A stretch of 12,170 bases of DNA, from positions 1 to 12,170 of the forward strand of contig JBDREN010000073.1 in assembly GCA_043819795.1 (NCBI GenBank). The letters are read 5' to 3'. Positions 7,044-12,170 of the stretch are shown here, piece by piece. This DNA comes from Elusimicrobiota bacterium (GTDB lineage: Bacteria; Elusimicrobiota; Elusimicrobia; UBA1565). Made by a program: the position numbers and the translations under genes. Each line of letters starts with the position of its first letter. Positions within the stretch are counted from its first letter, which is position 1. A model generated the notes under the pieces. That model was not told where the DNA came from. It worked only from the letters and a program-made list of their open reading frames with translations, and did not search any database.

Positions 7044-9647
7044 ATGACGCGATACGGATCACCCCTGGAAGTGAAGTTCGCGCGCTCCAAGGAGCGCCAG
7101 ACGGTCGATCTCGGCAGGCTCCGGGACCGCATCGTGGATTTCCTCGAATACTACTGCCATGAGCCGCTCGTGGAAGGCTCCTTCGTCGAGCGCGTCGGCG
7201 GCGAGGACGGCCAGGCCCGTTTCGGAGCCCTGCTGCGCGAGAGCGGCTTCCCCGAGGACTCGCACGGGTTCTTCGCCGAGCTCATCGGGCGCCTGGAGTC
7301 CGCCGGCTGCCGGGACCACAAGCCGGTCGTCATCGGCGGCCTCACGCTCCCGTACCGGCTGCTGCTGGCGGCGATGGAGGAGCTGCTGCCCGGGACGGAG
7401 TGCAAGGCGGTCAAGAAGCTCTCCCAGCTCGAGGAGCTGGCGAACATCGCCGTGCCGGCCAAAGAGAAGCGGGCCCTCCAGGACGTCCTGGACCTCTATC
7501 CGGTCCGCCTGTCCATGCACGCGATCCGGCAGATGCGCCTTTCGCCCGCGGTGGCCGCGCAGTACCTGCCCTTCGCCGCCGAGCTGGACGCGTCGGGCGA
7601 GGTGCACACCTGGGTGGGGCAGTTCTACCGGGGCATCATGGAGCAGATGTATCAGAACCGGGTCATCCTGCTCATGAACATGAGCTGCCCCGTGTACTGC
7701 CGCTTCTGCTTCCGCAAGCACAAGGAGTGCCGCAACCAGAAGTCCCCGACCAAGCTGCACGTCAAGGCGGACCTCGCCTATCTGGCCCAGAACCCGGCGG
7801 TCACCGAGGTCGTGCTCACCGGCGGGGATCCCTTCATGAACAAGGCGACCCTGATGTTCGCCGTGGACGAGCTGGCCAAGATCCCCCACATCAAGACTTT
7901 GCGTCTGGCCACCCGCTCGTTCTCCTACTATCCGGACCTGTTCTACGCCGACAACTCCTTCTGGCTCAACTACCTGATCCGCAAGAACCTGGAGCTCCAG
8001 CAGAAGGGCAAGCGCCTCGAGGCCGCGACCCATTTCGTCCACCCCGACGAGGTGTCGGTCCAGACGTTGGAGCTCGTCTCCCGCCTGGTCGCGGAAGGCG
8101 TGCCGGTGTACGTGCAGACGCCCTTCGTGAGCGAGTGCAACGACTCCGGGCGGGAGATGGTGGAGCTCTTCAACATGCTGCGCGGCGCGGGAGCCGAGCT
8201 GCACTACATCTTCATGCCCACGAGCCCCATCCGGGGCAACTGCGTGTACTGGTCCCCCATCTCGCGCGGCCTAGAAGCGGGGCGTTACCTGCGGGCGCAT
8301 CTCTCCGACCGGGCCGTCCCGCACCTCACCACCGCGACGCGCATCGGGAAGGTGGACTGGAACACCAGCGGCTGGATCGTGGAGCCGGCCAAGGAGAAGC
8401 CGGGCTTCGTATGGATCCGGACGCCGTACACCAAGGACTATTTCGAGTCGTTCACGCCCATCCTCCAGCTCTCGGACGCCGTGCGCGCCAACAGCGAGGG
8501 GACGATGGACGCCATGTTCTTCTCGGAGATCGGCGACGACCGGCTCGTGGCGGGCCCCCGGGGGCTGACCTCCTCCCCGCAGGCCTACGAGAACAAGATC
8601 GCCCGCACCAAGGAGACGGTCCGTACCTCCCTGGAGGCGCTCCAGGCCAAGCTGCTCGACGACCAGCGCGACCCCAAGACGATCGTCAAGGCCGACGCCT
8701 GGCCGACCGCCTCCAGGCAGCACAAGACCCGCGTCGAGATCGACTGCGGCGCGCCGGACGACGGCGTCGAGGCCTCGCTGAAATACGTCGCGGAGCAGAA
8801 AGCCGTGACCGACGTCGTCCTGTCCCGACGCAACGATATCACCGCGTCGTTCTCTCGGACAGCCGAGATCATCGGCCGGCTCCAGCGCATACCCCACGTG
8901 CGGGCGATCCGCCTCCGGAGCTTCGCGCTCAACCTCGCTCCCCAGGCCTACTCGCGGGCGTTCTTGAGCAGGCTGACGGGCCTCAATAAGCTCACGGCCG
9001 TCGACCCGAAGCGGCTGGAGATCGAGACGTGCTTCCTGCACTCATCGGAGTTCCAGCCGGAGCACTCCCGGATCGTGGACACGCTACGCTTGCGCGGGGT
9101 GACGGTGTACAACAACACCCCGCTGCTCGGCTACGTCAACGACAACGAGGAGGAGATGCTGCGCGTCGCGCACGGCCTCCGGGACCTCGGCATCGAGTTC
9201 ACGAACGTCTACGTGGCCGGCCTGCCGGTGCAGGCCGACTGGAACCGGCGATACCCCATCGAGCTCAACAGCGTGCTCGACATCGGCAGCCGCATCCGGA
9301 AGCACGGCAGCGGGCGGGAGGTCCCCCGCTACCTCGTCGGCACGGCGCTCGGCGAGGTGGACTTCTCCATCGCCCCCCGCATCTTCGAGCCCGCGGAGGG
9401 CGGCCGGGTCCTCGTGCGCATGCTGCCGCACGACCTGGCGTATTTCCGGGCCATGGATCCGGACTTCCGGTGGCCGGACGACGTGCGCCAGGACGGCGAG
9501 GGGCATCCGCGCGTGCCCGTGGCCGGGATATCCCTGCGGAACCAGGAGTTCTTGTTCCGCCCTCTCAGCGGGAAGGCCCCAAGCGGCGAGGGCGCGGCGG
9601 CGCAAGCCCCGGCCCGGACCCGAGGGAAGCCCACGCCCCCCAGATGA
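7044..9647 (+). CDS. Tandem two-domain KamA-family (lysine 2,3-aminomutase-like) radical SAM protein (867 aa)
   Basis: Domain 1: YQNRVILL, CPVYCRFCFRK (Cys at 7686-7709), VTEVVLTGGDP, IPHIKTLRLATR, THFVHPDEV, VYVQTP..CND, VPHLTTATRIGK. Domain 2 (about 8715-9560) repeats these: HKTRVEI, VTDVVLS, IPHVRAIRLRS, TCFLHSSEF, VYNNTPLLGYVND, VPRYLVGTALGE, but has no CxxxCxxC. Confidence 0.85.
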   Translation: MTRYGSPLEVKFARSKERQTVDLGRLRDRIVDFLEYYCHEPLVEGSFVERVGGEDGQARFGALLRESGFPEDSHGFFAELIGRLESAGCRDHKPVVIGGLTLPYRLLLAAMEELLPGTECKAVKKLSQLEELANIAVPAKEKRALQDVLDLYPVRLSMHAIRQMRLSPAVAAQYLPFAAELDASGEVHTWVGQFYRGIMEQMYQNRVILLMNMSCPVYCRFCFRKHKECRNQKSPTKLHVKADLAYLAQNPAVTEVVLTGGDPFMNKATLMFAVDELAKIPHIKTLRLATRSFSYYPDLFYADNSFWLNYLIRKNLELQQKGKRLEAATHFVHPDEVSVQTLELVSRLVAEGVPVYVQTPFVSECNDSGREMVELFNMLRGAGAELHYIFMPTSPIRGNCVYWSPISRGLEAGRYLRAHLSDRAVPHLTTATRIGKVDWNTSGWIVEPAKEKPGFVWIRTPYTKDYFESFTPILQLSDAVRANSEGTMDAMFFSEIGDDRLVAGPRGLTSSPQAYENKIARTKETVRTSLEALQAKLLDDQRDPKTIVKADAWPTASRQHKTRVEIDCGAPDDGVEASLKYVAEQKAVTDVVLSRRNDITASFSRTAEIIGRLQRIPHVRAIRLRSFALNLAPQAYSRAFLSRLTGLNKLTAVDPKRLEIETCFLHSSEFQPEHSRIVDTLRLRGVTVYNNTPLLGYVNDNEEEMLRVAHGLRDLGIEFTNVYVAGLPVQADWNRRYPIELNSVLDIGSRIRKHGSGREVPRYLVGTALGEVDFSIAPRIFEPAEGGRVLVRMLPHDLAYFRAMDPDFRWPDDVRQDGEGHPRVPVAGISLRNQEFLFRPLSGKAPSGEGAAAQAPARTRGKPTPPR

Positions 9648-11236
9648 GCGCGGGCCCGGGCCGCTTCTTCTTCGATAACGGGCCCATCCATCCCTGCGAG
9701 GGCCAGCCGCTCCGGGACGGGGCGCTGGGCGTGCAGGACGGGCTCATCTCCTACGTCGGGCCGCGCCAAGAGGCCGATCCCGCCTTGATCGAAGGGGCCG
9801 AGAGGATCGACTTGGACGGCAGGGCCCTGTTCCCCGGCTTCTGCGACTCCCACGTCCACTTCCTGCTCGCGGCCGAGATGCTCGACTACGTGGACTGCCG
9901 GGACGTCTCCGACGTCCGGACGATCCAGGACCGCGTCGGGGAGAAATGCCGCAAGACCGGCGAGGGGGAATGGGTGCTCGGCCGCGGGTGGGAGAAGCGC
10001 CTGCTCTTCCCGGACGGACATCCCTCCCCGGAGATGCTCGACGAGGCATCCCGCGAGCATCCGGTCCTGCTCATGAGCAAGGACGCGCATTCGGTCTGGC
10101 TGAACTCCCGAGCGCTGCGCCGCGCCCTCTCCGGGGGGGACCTGCCCGCGGCCTGCGTGGTCGATGAGCGCGGCGGCAAGCGCACCGGGCTCATCCTGGA
10201 GGAGGCGGAGGCCGTCAAGAACCTGCTGGTCCCCCGGCCTTCGGACGAGAAGAAGATCCGCCTGGCCGAAGGGATGCTGAAGGCGTTCTACTCCCATGGG
10301 ATCACGACGGTGCACAATATCGAACCCCCGGAGGGGTTCTCGCTGTGGAAGCGCTACGCCGAGGAGCATCCCGGCGTCCTCCGGATGGTCTGGAACTTCG
10401 TGTTCCCGTCGCCCGAAGCTCTGCGGGAGGGAAGGTCTCTCTTCCAGGAAGGCGTGCCCGGCCGCCTGGCCACGGGCGGGGCCAAGCTCTTCCTGGACGG
10501 CAGCTTCGGCTCGCTCAGCGCCGCCGTATCCGAGCCCTACGTCGGGACCTCAGAGCGCGGGCTGTTGAACTTCGAACGCGAGGCGCTCATGGAATGGCTT
10601 CGGACGCTGCGCGAGCTGGGCTTGAGCGGCCTCTTCCATGCCATCGGCGACCGGGCCACGGATCAGATCCTCTCGTGCCTCACCGAGCTCGATCGGCCCG
10701 CCGGATGCCGGCATCGCCTGGAGCATGTCCAGCTCCTTTCGCCGGACATCCTCGCCAAGCACGACTTCCGGAGGCTGATCTTCTCGGTGCAGCCGTCGCA
10801 CATGTGGGACGACCGCGGGATACTGGAGCGCAACATGGCCGAGAACTTCCGCGAGCGCTACGCCTACGTCTACCGCACCATCTCGGAGCGGGGGGGGACT
10901 TTGCTGATGGGCTCCGACGCCCCCGTCGAGGACATCAACCCCTGGAAGGGCATCCAGGCCGCGGTGACCCGGCTGGGAGACGCCGAAACGCCGCCCTGGA
11001 ACCCGGCGGAGGCGCTGACCCTGGAGGAGGCCATCGCCTGCCATACCCGGCATCCTTCCCGGGCGGTCCATCCCGGCTTCTCCGCCGGCGTCTTGAAGCC
11101 CGGGATGAAGGCGGACTTGGCTGTATTCAACAACGATCCGTACCGGGTCGCGGCCGACGATCCCGCCCGCCTGTGGAAGTCCTTGAAGACCGAGATGACC
11201 TTCGTGGACGGCCGGCTCGTCTATTCCTCGGGCTGA
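9644..11236 (+). CDS. Amidohydrolase family 3 (YtcJ/NfdA-like) metal-dependent amidohydrolase (530 aa)
   Basis: IDLDGRALFPGFCDSHVH, WVLGRGW, DAHSVWLNSRAL, GITTVH, KLFLDGSFGS, HAIGDRA, RHRLEHVQL, SVQPSH, GSDAPVE, ADLAV, TFVDGRLVY. ATG 9644 overlaps the upstream TGA (ATGA). The 9029 start in the ORF track is an artefactual extension. Confidence 0.9.
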   Translation: MSAGPGRFFFDNGPIHPCEGQPLRDGALGVQDGLISYVGPRQEADPALIEGAERIDLDGRALFPGFCDSHVHFLLAAEMLDYVDCRDVSDVRTIQDRVGEKCRKTGEGEWVLGRGWEKRLLFPDGHPSPEMLDEASREHPVLLMSKDAHSVWLNSRALRRALSGGDLPAACVVDERGGKRTGLILEEAEAVKNLLVPRPSDEKKIRLAEGMLKAFYSHGITTVHNIEPPEGFSLWKRYAEEHPGVLRMVWNFVFPSPEALREGRSLFQEGVPGRLATGGAKLFLDGSFGSLSAAVSEPYVGTSERGLLNFEREALMEWLRTLRELGLSGLFHAIGDRATDQILSCLTELDRPAGCRHRLEHVQLLSPDILAKHDFRRLIFSVQPSHMWDDRGILERNMAENFRERYAYVYRTISERGGTLLMGSDAPVEDINPWKGIQAAVTRLGDAETPPWNPAEALTLEEAIACHTRHPSRAVHPGFSAGVLKPGMKADLAVFNNDPYRVAADDPARLWKSLKTEMTFVDGRLVYSSG

Positions 11237-11333
11237 AGGACCGCGCCGGCGCCCAAGCTTGGTCCGGGCCCGGATCGTCCCGGGGCGCCGCGTCGGCATT
11301 TTGTACAATCGCCCCGCGAAGGCGGCAAGCGAC

Positions 11334-12170
11334 ATGCCCGACACTATCGAGAATCTCGGCGACAGCCTGGTGCAGCACGGCGCGCACAGCGACCGGGTGT
11401 ATCTCATGAGGCTCGACAAGGCCGACCTGCCGGGCATCGTCGAGCGGATTGACGCCCTGGCCCAAGAGCGCGGCTACTCCAAAATATTCGTCAAGGTCCC
11501 GGCCGCGGCCGGCGACGCCTTCCGGGGCCGGGGATACGAGGTCGAGGCGACCATCCCCGCCTTCTTCAACGGCGAGGAGGACGCCCTGTTCATGGCCCGC
11601 TACCCGGACCCGAAACGGAAGGAGGGGGCTCCGCGCCAGAAGATCGAGGAGGTGCTGGCCGCCTGCCGCGCGCGCGGCGGCGCGGAGGCCCCGCCCGCGC
11701 TCGATCCCGGCCTGAAGGCCGCCCATCTCGAGCCACGGCACGCCGACGAGGTCGCCGCGCTCTACAGGAAGGTGTTCGACACCTACCCCTTCCCCATCCA
11801 CGACCCCGCCTACATCGCCAAGACTATGGGCGAGGGCTTCGCCTATTTCGGGGTGTATGACGGCCAGAGGCTCGTGGCCGCCTCGTCGGCGGAGATGGAC
11901 CTGGCCGGCGCCTACTCCGAGATGACCGACTTCGCCACGCTCCCGGAATGCCGCGGCAAGGGACTGGCAACGATCCTCCTGGGGCTCATGGAGGATTTCG
12001 TGCGCCCAAAGGGCGTGCGGACCGCATTCACCATCGCGCGCGCGGTGTCCTTCGGGATGAACATCGCGTTCGCCCGCGTGGGCTATTCCTTCGGGGGCAC
12101 TCTTTGGAACAACACCAACATCTCCGGAAACATCGAGAGCATGAACATCTGGCACAAGCGCCTCGACCGG
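11334..12170 (+). CDS. ablB: Putative beta-lysine N-acetyltransferase (AblB/YodP-type GNAT); 3'-partial, 279 codons with no stop in the window
   Basis: Manual translation: MPDTIENLGDSLVQHGAHSDRVYLMRL...GYSKIFVKVP...GYEVEATIPAFFNGEEDALFMARY...LYRKVFDTYPFPIHDPAYIAKTM...SSAEMD...SEMTDFATLPECRGKGLA...TAFTIARAVSFGMNIAFARVGYSFGGTLWNNTNISGNIESMNIWHKRL. These are hallmark AblB/YodP motifs. Confidence 0.9.
   Translation, partial: MPDTIENLGDSLVQHGAHSDRVYLMRLDKADLPGIVERIDALAQERGYSKIFVKVPAAAGDAFRGRGYEVEATIPAFFNGEEDALFMARYPDPKRKEGAPRQKIEEVLAACRARGGAEAPPALDPGLKAAHLEPRHADEVAALYRKVFDTYPFPIHDPAYIAKTMGEGFAYFGVYDGQRLVAASSAEMDLAGAYSEMTDFATLPECRGKGLATILLGLMEDFVRPKGVRTAFTIARAVSFGMNIAFARVGYSFGGTLWNNTNISGNIESMNIWHKRLDR

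Noticed and set aside
9029..9643. 735-aa amidohydrolase with a long N-terminal extension overlapping the aminomutase gene
   Set aside because: The extension is Arg/Pro/Ala-rich off-frame sequence. Family similarity starts at ATG 9644, which forms an ATGA overlap.
7044..9647. EF-P beta-lysylation enzyme EpmB or canonical kamA/ablA
   Set aside because: The protein is about twice the expected size, lacks the Asp residues and PGGGGK-type loop, and has no efp/epmA context. No gene symbol assigned.
274..12155. Numerous long overlapping or antisense ORFs (e.g. 523-1893, 2415-3326, 7059-8204, 7400-8989, 10345-11409, 11127-12155)
   Set aside because: Shadow ORFs typical of high-GC coding DNA, with no motifs, overlapping well-supported genes.

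Overview
GC-rich bacterial window with two parts. The left part (about 111-6892) is a cluster of predicted exported or surface proteins: a signal-peptide phospholipase D (PLD)/Nuc-family protein with atypical HKD motifs and a C-terminal winged-helix-like tail; a LamG/concanavalin-like protein with TSP3-type Ca-binding repeats; an orphan C-terminal fragment (TSP3-like motif plus FIMAH-like helical tail); a collagen-like fibre protein (49 Gly-X-Y triplets, a duplicated 120-aa GIGT-containing module and a Cys-rich tip); a 34-bp-period palindromic REP-like repeat; and a secreted hypothetical protein. The right part (7044-12170) is a co-oriented metabolic cluster: an 867-aa tandem two-domain KamA-like radical SAM protein, a translationally coupled Amidohydro_3 (YtcJ-like) amidohydrolase, and an AblB/YodP-type beta-lysine N-acetyltransferase that runs off the window end and is missing from the ORF track. 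The best candidate for a new system is this cluster. By manual alignment the first aminomutase domain keeps CxxxCxxC and the PLP Lys but seems to lack the lysine-binding Asp residues, while the second domain looks catalytically dead. This suggests a variant N-acetyl-beta-amino-acid (osmolyte-like) synthesis/turnover pathway. All family calls come from motif recognition, not database searches.
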